Assembly (NCBI GenBank): GCA_024641665.1
Contig: JAHECP010000009.1
Span: 3,038 to 67,037 of the forward strand
From: Acidobacteriota bacterium
Lineage (GTDB): Bacteria > Acidobacteriota > Vicinamibacteria > Vicinamibacterales > JAHECP01
DNA: 64,000 nt
Direction of reading: 5' to 3'
The notes beneath the pieces were generated by a model. It made no database searches. It was not told where the DNA came from and was given only the letters and a program-made list of their open reading frames with translations. Positions 37,281 to 45,764 of this stretch are shown here, piece after piece. The position numbers were made by a program, and so were the translations under genes. The first letter of the stretch is position 1; each line of letters opens with the position of its first letter.

Positions 37281-37486
37281 ACGAGAAGAACTCTGAAGAC
37301 GCTCGCGGCGAGTGACATTGTGAGTGACATCCCGCCCGCAAAATCTGAAAACAGCGGCGAACGGAGGAAAACGGCCGCAAAGAATGGAAGATGGCAAATG
37401 GCTGACCCCATTTCGGTTAAGCGGAAAATGCCCCTGTGTGCTGGGGTTTCTTGATCTGGCGTGACAGATTCCCACTCTCTCCGCCA
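37281..37486. repeat. Copy B of the 206-bp direct repeat
   Basis: 200/206 identical to 20068-20273, same orientation, intergenic. Confidence 0.9.
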
Positions 37487-37499
37487 CACCAATCTGATT

Positions 37500-37610
37500 C
37501 TTGTCCGTTCGGACGATCCTTGTCCGTTCGGACGATCCTTGCCGTTCAAGGCGATCCTCGTCCGTTCGAACGATCCTTCCCGTTCGAGCGATCCTTGCCG
37601 TTCGGACGAT
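37500..37610. repeat. Tandem array of six 18-19-bp units, each built around a short palindrome (gtccg-tt-cggac type)
   Basis: Units at 37500-18, 37519-37 (identical to the first), 37538-56, 37557-75, 37576-93 and 37594-610. The consensus is cttgtccgttcggacgatc. The units are contiguous, with no spacers. Confidence 0.9.
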
Positions 37611-37839
37611 GTTGGCCCAGGCGCGCCTGACCGAGGCCGGACGCAGCAGTCCCAGGCCCGGACAGTGCACGGCAGCGCCTGTGCGCAACCGCGCCCAACG
37701 AGGCCACCCGTCGGCGCGCGCAGCCGAAGGGAACGGGCACTGTCGTTGCACGTGCTGCATATCGGTCACGGCGCGACGCGCGACGTGGCACGAGACCGGC
37801 GCCCGGCCACCCTGAGGCCGTCCAGTGGGAGGCGCGCCC

Positions 37840-40233
37840 ATGGCCGTCATTCCGCCCGACACGCGTCAGGCCCTCCGTGCGGCATTCCGCGACCGGCGGG
37901 CGGCGCTGGTCGTGGTGCTCACGCTCGCCCTCGCCATCGGCGCCGCCGTCGCGATCTTCACCCTTCTCGACGCCGTCGTTCTCCGGCCGCTCCCCTTTCG
38001 GGATCCCGCCGCTCTGATGCTGATCAGGCAGACCAGGCCGGACAACGGCGCGCCGTTCGCGGTGACGGCGCAGGACTACGTGACGTGGCGGGCAGAGAGC
38101 ACCGCCCTGATTTCGCTCGGCGCGATAAGGGTCGTGCGCGTCAACCTGGGTGGCCCGAGCGCGCCGGCATGGGTGACCGGCGCGCGCGTGTCGGCGAGCT
38201 TCTTCCACGCGCTGGCGATGCCGCCGCTGCTGGGTCGCGTCTTCACGAAGGAGGAGGACTCGCCCTCTGGAGCGCGCGTCACCGTCATCAGCGAGGGCCT
38301 GTGGCGCCGGTGGTTCGGCGCCGCGCGCCTCGAAAGGCTGCGCCTGACGATCGACGGGACCGAACACACGGTCGTCGGTGTGATGCCGGACCGATTCCGG
38401 TTCCCGCCACAGTGCGAGCTCTGGACGCCGCTCGCGCTCGACGCGGCCCGGGAGGAGGCTGGCAACCATACGCTGGCCGTGCTCGGACGCCTGGCACCCG
38501 GACGCACGCTCGAGCAGGCCCGCGCCGAGCTGTCGGCCATCGCGGAGCGGATGGCCGAGCGCGACCCGGACATCAGCCGTGGATGGGGCGTCACGATCGC
38601 CCCGCTCGCGGAGCTGCTGGCGCGCGAGCCGCGTCCGGTCCTGCTGCTGCTGCTCGGCGCTTCGCTGTGCACGCTCCTCATCGCCTGCGTGAACGTGGGG
38701 CTGCTGCTGCTCGCGCGCGCGGTCGCACGCCGGCACGAGGTGGCCGTGCTCTTCGCGCTCGGCGCGAGCCGCGCACGGATCTTCTGGCAGTTCGTGCTCG
38801 AAGCCGAGCTCCTCGCGCTGGCCGCCAGCGCCGGGGCCCTGCTCGTCGTCCTGTGGCTCTCCGACGTCCTCCTCGGCTCGATCCCGCCCGCGCTGCTCGT
38901 CAGGGGCGACCTGCGCGTCGGCGGAACCGTTCTCGCGTTCGCGACGACCGTCGCGCTGGCCGCCGGCTTCACGCTGGGCGTTCCCGCGGCATTCGCCGCG
39001 ATTCGCGTGAGCGGCGCCGACGTGATGCGCGGCCAGCCCGGGATCGCGCGGTCGAGGGGGGAACGCCTCGGCCAGTCGCTCCTGAGCGCCGAGCTCACCC
39101 TGGCCGTCGTGCTGCTGGTGGGCGTGGGCCTGATGCTCCGCACCTTCAACCGCCTGGCCGCCACGGATCCAGGATTCGATCCCACGGGGGTCGTCGCCGC
39201 CGAGGTGGCACCGGCTGGCGCGGTGCCGCCCGGCGAATCGGCACGGCGCCAGATCTATGCAGATCTGGTCGCGCGCGTCGAGGCGCTCGGCGACATGTCG
39301 GCCGCGGGCGCCATCAGCTCGTTGCCGCTGGCCGGGGCGTCGAACGCGCACGTCATCGCGATCGAAGGCCTGCCGGAGCGCCAGCGGGCCGCCCTGCACG
39401 TCGTCACGGCGGGCTACTTCCGGGCGATGGGCATTCCGGTGACCCGTGGCCGTCTGTTCGCAGCCGACGAGACGACCACCGTGCCCGGCCCTGGCGTGGC
39501 GCTCGTGAACGAGACCATGGCCCGGCGCTTCTGGCCCGGCGAGGATCCGATCGGCCGCCACCTCGCGCTGTTCGCCGACGAGTCCACGCCGAGGCCGTGG
39601 TTGACCGTGGTGGGCGTGGTGGGCGACGTGCGGCACCGCGGTCTCGGCGTCGAGGCCGAACCGGAGTTCTACCTTCCGCACGCCGAGCTTCCGGTGCCGG
39701 CGATGTTCGTCGTCGCGCGAGGGAGCGGAGACGCGGCCAGCCTCGCGCGGGCACTGCGCGAGCTGGTGCGCGCGGCCCCGGGGCTCGCCGTTCGCGACCT
39801 TCGGCCGATGGATGCGTTCGTCTCCGGATCCGTCACGCCCCAACGCACGCGTGCGGCGCTCGCGCTCGCCCTCGCGCTGCTCGGCTCGACGCTCGCCACC
39901 ATCGGCCTGTGGGGGCTGACCGCGTGGGCCGTGGCGCGGCGGCGCCACGAGTTCGGCGTGCGCCTCGCGCTGGGCGCCGACCCGCGTCGGCTCCTCGGCA
40001 TGGTGTTCGCGTGGACGTTGCGGCTCGTCGTCGTAGGCACCGTGTTGGGCTTCTGCAGCGCCGTCGTCGTGTGGGGCCTGCTGGCCCGATCGCTGACGGC
40101 CATCGGCCCGGTGGATCCGATCGTCTTGGCGGCCGTGGCCGTGCTCATGGGCGCCTTGGTGGTGGCGGCCGGCTACGTGCCCGCGCGCCGGGCCGCACGG
40201 ATCGATCCGGCTGCGACGCTCAGGCACGAGTAA
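37840..40233 (+). CDS. ADOP-type (duplicated FtsX/MacB-like) ABC transporter permease
   Basis: ORF-track 37825..40233; ATG 37840 is preferred (GGGAGG lies 8 nt upstream). The N-terminus [46 protein letters not shown] and two FtsX modules are present. It is homologous to 48148-50865. Confidence 0.9.
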   Translation: MAVIPPDTRQALRAAFRDRRAALVVVLTLALAIGAAVAIFTLLDAVVLRPLPFRDPAALMLIRQTRPDNGAPFAVTAQDYVTWRAESTALISLGAIRVVRVNLGGPSAPAWVTGARVSASFFHALAMPPLLGRVFTKEEDSPSGARVTVISEGLWRRWFGAARLERLRLTIDGTEHTVVGVMPDRFRFPPQCELWTPLALDAAREEAGNHTLAVLGRLAPGRTLEQARAELSAIAERMAERDPDISRGWGVTIAPLAELLAREPRPVLLLLLGASLCTLLIACVNVGLLLLARAVARRHEVAVLFALGASRARIFWQFVLEAELLALAASAGALLVVLWLSDVLLGSIPPALLVRGDLRVGGTVLAFATTVALAAGFTLGVPAAFAAIRVSGADVMRGQPGIARSRGERLGQSLLSAELTLAVVLLVGVGLMLRTFNRLAATDPGFDPTGVVAAEVAPAGAVPPGESARRQIYADLVARVEALGDMSAAGAISSLPLAGASNAHVIAIEGLPERQRAALHVVTAGYFRAMGIPVTRGRLFAADETTTVPGPGVALVNETMARRFWPGEDPIGRHLALFADESTPRPWLTVVGVVGDVRHRGLGVEAEPEFYLPHAELPVPAMFVVARGSGDAASLARALRELVRAAPGLAVRDLRPMDAFVSGSVTPQRTRAALALALALLGSTLATIGLWGLTAWAVARRRHEFGVRLALGADPRRLLGMVFAWTLRLVVVGTVLGFCSAVVVWGLLARSLTAIGPVDPIVLAAVAVLMGALVVAAGYVPARRAARIDPAATLRHE

Positions 40234-40338
40234 CCCGCCCGGGCTCACCCGCCCGAGCTCACCCGCTCGGCCTGCACGCCGTTGGTCGGCATCGTCATCG
40301 GCTTCTGGGCGTCGGACCGCTCGTGAAGAGGAGGTCCC

Positions 40339-41772
40339 GTGCGATTCCGAGCCACGACCTGGGGCGGCGCGCTCGCGATGACGATCGTGCTGGTCGGCCT
40401 GACGGCCACGGCCGCGCGCGCGCAGCCGCGCGAGGCCCCGTTCGAGCAGGTCGTCTTCGACGGCTTCTCGCTGGGCGCGGGCGCCCGGCCCTGGGGCATG
40501 GGCGGCGCGCACCTGGCGATCCACGGCGATCCCGAAGCCGGCTCGTGGAACCCGGCCGCGCTGGCCGACCTCGACCGCCCGTGGGTGACCGTCTCGTTCC
40601 TCGGCGACCGGCTCGACGGCAGCCCCCGCACGATCCAGATCGACCGCACGTCCGGCGCGACCGGCACCGTCGGGATCCTCCGCGAGAGCCTCGTCACGGC
40701 CGCGGGCGGCGGCTTCGACGATCTCGCGGCGGCTGTGCCCTTCCGTCTCGGGCGCCTGCGCGCCGTGGCGCAGGTCGGCTACCAGCGTCGGGTGCGATTC
40801 GGCTACGACTTCGCGTACGCCTCCGCGTTCGACTACCTGGAGCCCGACGTCTACCACCATGACTATCGCTACGACGCGGCCGCCTCGGGTGGTCTCGACA
40901 CGGTGGCGGTCAGGCTGGCGGCGGCGCCCACCCGTTGGCTTCGGGTCGGCGCCGGCCTGCACCGCTGGTTCGGCGGCTACATGCTGCCCGTGCGCGAGAC
41001 CAGCGTCAGGTCCTTCTACATCACCGAAGCGCTCAGGGCCGGCTGGACCGAGTCGCTCGACGACGACCTGCGTTTCGAGGTGTCGGGATGGAGCTGGGAC
41101 CTGGGCGCGCAGGCGGACGTCACCGACTGGCTGGTCGCCGCGGTCGTCGTCAGGCCGGGCTTCGACACCGGCGTCGAGTACTCGAACACCGCCGCGTCGG
41201 TGGACGAGCGGTTGGGCGAGCGGTTCACGGGCGCGACCCACGCCGGCCGCGGCCGTCTCGAGCTGCCGGACGCGGTCGCGGTGGGCGCGGCGGCCGCCCT
41301 TGGCGATCGCCTGGTTCTGGCGCTCGACGTCACGACCACGCTGTGGTCCGAGGCGAGCCTCGACTAGTACGCCCGCATCACGAGCCGCGGGGACCTCCCG
41401 TCGCCGGGCACGTACGCGTACCCCACGATGGCCGCGCCGGTCCCGGTGGTGCCCGCGAGGTTCCGGACCGCCGCGCCGCCCCGGTCCTGTCAGCGCAACA
41501 CCGTGCAGGTGCACGCCGGAGCGGAGCACGCGGCCCGCGTGAAATCCGTCCGCGTGCCGCTCAGGGCCGGTGTCTTCCGGGACGAGTCGATGGCGATCGA
41601 TTCGGACGGCGAGGTCCGACACGCGTGGGGGTTCACGGTCGGCGCCGGCGTCCGGTGGCGACAGCTCGCGCTCGACGGCGCGTGGGTCCGCTCGCTGGCC
41701 ACGAACCGCTACCAGCGCGACACGTTCCGCACGTCGCTCCGGGTCGAGCTGCCCGAGTGGAGGCGGCCATGA
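40339..41772 (+). pseudogene. Outer-membrane beta-barrel-like protein interrupted by one in-frame TAG (41365-41367)
   Basis: GTG 40339 with a GAGGAGG SD. The signal peptide is GGALAMTIVLVGLTATAARAQ. ORF-track entries 40339..41367 and 41428..41772 are in the same frame with no other stop between them. The tail (GFTVGAGVRWRQLALDGAWVRS...RTSLRVEL) looks like terminal barrel strands. Confidence 0.6.
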
Positions 41773-42554
41773 GCCGGCCGCTCATCGCGCCGCCCGCGCT
41801 GGCCGCGGTCGTCCTCGCGATCGCGTGCTCGTCCTCACCGACGGCGCCGACCGCGGGCCCGACGATGTCGGCCTTCGTGCAGCTCACCGAGCGGTTCGAG
41901 ACCGCTCACTTCGTCCTCCACCACGCTCCCGGCGACTCGGTGGACGCCGAGCGCTGCGAAGCGCACCTCCAGTGGCTGAGCGCGTATCTGGGCGTCGCGC
42001 TGCCGGCAAAGGTGGACTACTACAAGTTCCGGGAGTGGGAGGACTACTGGGCAGCCGTCAGCCCGGGCACCTCGCTCGGCATGGCCCAGCCGGGTGGACC
42101 GGCCGTGTTCACGATCCAGCCGTTCCACGCGCACGAGGTCGTCCACCTGTTCACGGGGCAGCTCGGCAGTCCCAACTCGTTCTTTCACGAGGGCATGTCG
42201 AACGCGTTCCAGAACGACCCGCTCGCGGGCGACTACGAGGGGCGCGACCACTGGTCCGGCCTGACCTTCCACGATCTCGCGCGCCAGGCCCGCGCCGCCG
42301 GCACGCTGCCTCGCCTCGAGACGATCATCGACACCGACGGGTTCCGGTCCACCCCGGGCGCCGCCAGACCGGCCGGCTCGTTCGTCCGCTACCTGGTCGA
42401 CACGCAGGGCGTCGGACGGATGAAGCAGACCTGCGCCGCCGTCGGATGGAGCGACTCGCGGGAGACCGTCGCCGACACGCTGCTCGCGATCTACGGCGAG
42501 AGCCTGCCGGAGCTCGAACGGGCGTGGCTCGCGTTTCTCGACGCTGGCCGATGA
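41769..42554 (+). CDS. Putative lipoprotein with an HExxH motif
   Basis: ATG 41769 overlaps the previous stop (ATGA). The lipobox-like sequence is VVLAIACSS. The HExxH motif lies in FHAHEVVHLF. It is part of the longer out-of-context ORF-track entry 40935..42554. Confidence 0.7.
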   Translation: MSRPLIAPPALAAVVLAIACSSSPTAPTAGPTMSAFVQLTERFETAHFVLHHAPGDSVDAERCEAHLQWLSAYLGVALPAKVDYYKFREWEDYWAAVSPGTSLGMAQPGGPAVFTIQPFHAHEVVHLFTGQLGSPNSFFHEGMSNAFQNDPLAGDYEGRDHWSGLTFHDLARQARAAGTLPRLETIIDTDGFRSTPGAARPAGSFVRYLVDTQGVGRMKQTCAAVGWSDSRETVADTLLAIYGESLPELERAWLAFLDAGR

Positions 42555-42581
42555 CGCGTGCCGTCGCCCGGTTCCCCTCGG

Positions 42582-43418
42582 TCAGCGGCCCGCCGCCGGC
42601 CGCGCCGGCGGACGACCCAGCACGTTGACCACCCGCCACGCGCCCTTCTGCTTCGCCAGGTGCAGGTAGAACGGCATCGCCGGCGTCGTCAGCTTCACCG
42701 ACGCGATGTCGTAGTCCACGCCGAGCACCTCGATCCGGGAAGTCTCGACGGCAAACGGCGTCTTCTGTCCGGCCGACAGGACGGCGACGATCGTCTCGGC
42801 GTTCTGATCGACGACGATGCGCGCGCCGCCCGAGGCGGGTACGAAGTAGCGCCAGGCCAGCGCGGGGTGCAGCAGTCCCTGCACGCTCGCGGCGTCGCCG
42901 GACGCCAGCCCCTTGACGAGGCCCTTCACCGCCTGCTCCACCGCCGCGCGGTCGGCGTCGGCGGGGCCGGACGGGTTCGCGACGGGCGGGTGCCACAACA
43001 CGTTCACCAGCCTCCACTCGCCGTTCCGCTTCACCAGATGCAGGTAGTCGTTGAACTCGCTCGTGAACACCTGCGCGGACGCGATGTCCCCCTCGACGTC
43101 CAGCACCGTCACGGCGAGGTTCCGCTTCTCGGGCTCGAGCTTGCCGCGGCCGCTCCGTGTCGCGTCGACGAGCATCTCCGAGTTCATCTGGACCAGGAAC
43201 GGGTCGGCGCCGGGCCGGGCCACGAGCCCGCGCTTGGTCAGCATCGGGGACACCGCGCGCGCCATGCGATCGTCCGCGCCTTCGTAGAACCCCTCGGCGT
43301 AGTCGAGCGCGGCCTGCACGATGGCCGCCTTGTCCTTCCCGAGATCGGCCGAGGCCTGGGGCGGCGCGCCCGAGGGGCCTGCGGCCGCGAACGCCAGCAG
43401 GAAGAGAAGGGATGACAT
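42582..43418 (-). CDS. Secreted protein with two tandem NTF2-like (lumazine-binding / SnoaL-like) domains
   Basis: Signal peptide MSSLLFLLAFAAAG. Two repeats show the pattern ...ALDYAEGFYEGADDRMA...VLDVEGDIASAQV...NGEWRLVNVLW and ...VKLTTPAMPFYLHLAKQKGAWRVVNVL. Confidence 0.7.
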   Translation of the reverse strand: MSSLLFLLAFAAAGPSGAPPQASADLGKDKAAIVQAALDYAEGFYEGADDRMARAVSPMLTKRGLVARPGADPFLVQMNSEMLVDATRSGRGKLEPEKRNLAVTVLDVEGDIASAQVFTSEFNDYLHLVKRNGEWRLVNVLWHPPVANPSGPADADRAAVEQAVKGLVKGLASGDAASVQGLLHPALAWRYFVPASGGARIVVDQNAETIVAVLSAGQKTPFAVETSRIEVLGVDYDIASVKLTTPAMPFYLHLAKQKGAWRVVNVLGRPPARPAAGR

Positions 43419-43792
43419 GAGGCAGCTCCTTGCTCCGGGGCTGGTCCGGACGGGGGATCCGGGCGTCGCCCGGCAAGCCAGTCGATTGGATCCAGCAAGA
43501 GGCGGACCACCGCAGGCGGGGGTTCTCGGCCGATCCTCGGGGGTGGGATCCGCGGACTGTCCGGCTCCGGGATCGGGCGTGCCGCGGGCGGCCAGCCGGC
43601 GTGGTGCCGCACCAAGAATTTCCCGCCTCGACCCGGCGACGGACCGCGGTCGGGCGTCTGCTGCGCCGGGCTCGCCACCGCGGCCGGGTTCAGCGTCGCC
43701 GAGCGGAAGAGGATCGGGCGCTTCTTTTATCTCGAGCTGCGGAAGCCCGGATCCATCAGCTGATCACCGGGGCGTCGCGCGTCCCCGCCATC

Positions 43793-44434
43793 TCACGGCT
43801 CTTCGGAACCCGGGCGCGCCACGAACGTGAACTGCAGGCCGACCCCGTTCTTGACGCGCACGGTGCCCCCGCCCGCCGTGACCGGCTCGATGCCGAAGTC
43901 GGTCTGTTTGACGACGAGCGTTCCGGTCGTGGTCAGGCGGTCCAGGCCGATCTCGACGGTGACGTCCACGGTGACCGACCTGGTCACGCCGTGCAACGTC
44001 AGGGCGCCGGTCAGTCTCAGGCGCAGGCGATCCGTGTCGCGGGCGATCACGTGGACCTCCCGAGACGCGAACACGATCCGGGGAAACCGCGAGACGTCGA
44101 GGACGCGCGCGCCCTCCATCGTGCGCTGGACCTCCGGCACGTCGCCGGCCGGTTCTCCCTTCCCCGTCACCGCGAGTGCCGCCGCGTCGAACTCGACGCG
44201 CACGGTCGAGCGGTCCGGCGCGTCCCGATCCAGCACCACCGTTCCCTCGGCCACCGGCGCGACCACCTCGTGCGCGTGCCCGAGGAACGAGAACACCCCG
44301 GCCTTGTCCACGTGAATGACGACCCGACTGGCCGCCGGATCGACCTGGTAGGTGGTGGGGCCGTCGGCGGACGGCGCGGGCGCGGCCAGGAGCGGCGCGG
44401 CGGCGAGCAGAACGAGCAGTGAGATTCTCTGCAT
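43793..44434 (-). CDS. YceI-family periplasmic protein
   Basis: Signal peptide. YQVDPAASRVVIHVDKAGVFSFLGHAHEV...LTLHGVTRSVTVDVTV is a typical YceI pattern. Confidence 0.85.
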   Translation of the reverse strand: MQRISLLVLLAAAPLLAAPAPSADGPTTYQVDPAASRVVIHVDKAGVFSFLGHAHEVVAPVAEGTVVLDRDAPDRSTVRVEFDAAALAVTGKGEPAGDVPEVQRTMEGARVLDVSRFPRIVFASREVHVIARDTDRLRLRLTGALTLHGVTRSVTVDVTVEIGLDRLTTTGTLVVKQTDFGIEPVTAGGGTVRVKNGVGLQFTFVARPGSEEP

Positions 44435-44456
44435 GGCACGTTCGATTCGGAGTCGA

Positions 44457-45152
44457 TCAGCGGACGCGATACGTCACGAGGCCGCGCAGCGTGAGCAGCC
44501 CGTCAATCGAAGGCGACGGATCGGATGGCCTCCGGATGCGGAGGGGCGCGTACAAGGCGTCGACGGCGAGCCCCAGCCGGTGGGTCAGGGTCCAGTCCAC
44601 GCCAAGTGTCGCGAAATAGGTGATCCCGCGGGCCTCGAGCCGCGTGCGATCGAGGACGCCGAACGTCAGCGCGTTGGTCTGGAACGCGCCGTCGACGAAG
44701 GTGAGGCCGATCGACCCTCGAGGCGTCAGGCGCGGCAGCCGTGCGAGCCGGCGGGCGACGTCGAGCTCGACCGACAGGTAGTCGAGCGACGTGACGTCGG
44801 ACGAGCGGGCTTCACAGCCCCGCGGATTGCCTGGCGATCCCGGCTCGGACGCCAGCACGTCGGACGGGCAGGTGATCGTCGCGGTCACGCTGCCCACCTG
44901 GCCGTGCGCGCGGCCCGTCACGGCCCAGCGCTCGCCGTCCCGGATCGTCCAGCCGAGCCCGGCGGCGAACAGCCTCGCGGTCACGCCGAACGTCCGCACG
45001 GGCGGCACGCCGGCAAGGGTCAGCGCCAGGCGGCCCGACAGGCCGACGGTGATCTGCGGACGGGCGAAGAGCGGCGCCTGATTCAGGTCCTCCTGGATCG
45101 TGCCGTTGAAGCCCACGCGCTGCCGGGCGGTGTCGAGCACGGGCAGCCCCAC
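44457..45152 (-). CDS. Beta-barrel-like hypothetical protein; the start is unclear and no signal peptide is found (possibly 5'-truncated)
   Basis: ORF-track 44457..45425, but its first ~50 codons are antisense to the EVE gene and its SD. No in-frame ATG lies below 45276. GTG 45152 is only the first plausible start. It shows an alternating-residue strand pattern and the C-terminal LTLRGLVTYRVR. Confidence 0.4.
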   Translation of the reverse strand: MGLPVLDTARQRVGFNGTIQEDLNQAPLFARPQITVGLSGRLALTLAGVPPVRTFGVTARLFAAGLGWTIRDGERWAVTGRAHGQVGSVTATITCPSDVLASEPGSPGNPRGCEARSSDVTSLDYLSVELDVARRLARLPRLTPRGSIGLTFVDGAFQTNALTFGVLDRTRLEARGITYFATLGVDWTLTHRLGLAVDALYAPLRIRRPSDPSPSIDGLLTLRGLVTYRVR

Positions 45153-45275
45153 CAGCTCGACCCCGAGCCGGACCTCTCCGCGCCGGACGCCCGCGTTGCC
45201 GCGTGCCGCCGCGTGCGGATTACGTTTCTCGAAAGGACTACCGACGCGCTCCGTAAGAGGAGGTAGGATCGCTCC

Positions 45276-45686
45276 ATGAACTTCCTCTTCAAAGAAGAAC
45301 CCGAACACTACGGCTACGACCGGCTGGTGGAGGACGGCCGGACGTCCTGGTTCGGCGTGCGCAACCCCGTGGCGCAGAAGCACCTGCGGTCGGTGAAGAA
45401 GGGCGACCGCATCTTCTATTACCACACGGGGAAGGAGAAGGCGGTCGTCGCCATCGCGAAGGGCGCCGGCGCCGCCTACCCCGATCCGGCTGACACGACC
45501 GGCAGACTCTCCGCCGTGGATATCGTCCCGGTGAAGAAGCTGAAGCGGCCGGTGACGCTCGCCGAGATCAAGGCCGACAAGGCGTTCGCGGGATTCGAGC
45601 TGGTACGCATCCCGCGGCTGTCGGTGATGCCGGTGCCGGACAAGCTCTGGGCGCGCATTGAGGACATGGCGCGCGAGTCCGTGTAG
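45276..45686 (+). CDS. EVE-domain (PUA-like) protein
   Basis: MNFLFKEEPEHYGYDRLVEDGRTSWFGVRNPVAQKHLRSVKKGDRIFYYHTGKEKAVVAIA is a typical EVE/DUF55 N-terminus. SD is AGAGGAGG. Confidence 0.85.
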   Translation: MNFLFKEEPEHYGYDRLVEDGRTSWFGVRNPVAQKHLRSVKKGDRIFYYHTGKEKAVVAIAKGAGAAYPDPADTTGRLSAVDIVPVKKLKRPVTLAEIKADKAFAGFELVRIPRLSVMPVPDKLWARIEDMARESV

Positions 45687-45764
45687 AGGTCAGGCGTCAG
45701 CCGTCAGGCTTCAGGCCTGTCACGCCGTCACGCCGCCTGACCCCTGCCCCCTGACCGCTGACCG

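Noticed and set aside
20068-37486. The 206-bp repeats as attL/attR of an integrase-mobilised island
   Set aside because: There is no integrase or recombinase gene between or next to the repeats, no tRNA/tmRNA target, and the repeats are much longer than typical att cores. The observation is kept as a finding, but the classical integrative-element model is not supported.
37500-37610. The tandem array considered as a CRISPR array
   Set aside because: The units are contiguous with no unique spacers and are only 18-19 bp long, and there are no cas genes in the window.
37461-41622. Two giant ORFs (37461..40862 plus, 1133 aa; 37546..41622 minus, 1358 aa)
   Set aside because: They are extremely Arg/Pro/Gly/Ala-rich with no motifs, and they overlap out of frame or antisense with well-supported genes (the ADOP permease and the barrel protein). 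These are typical high-G+C shadow ORFs.
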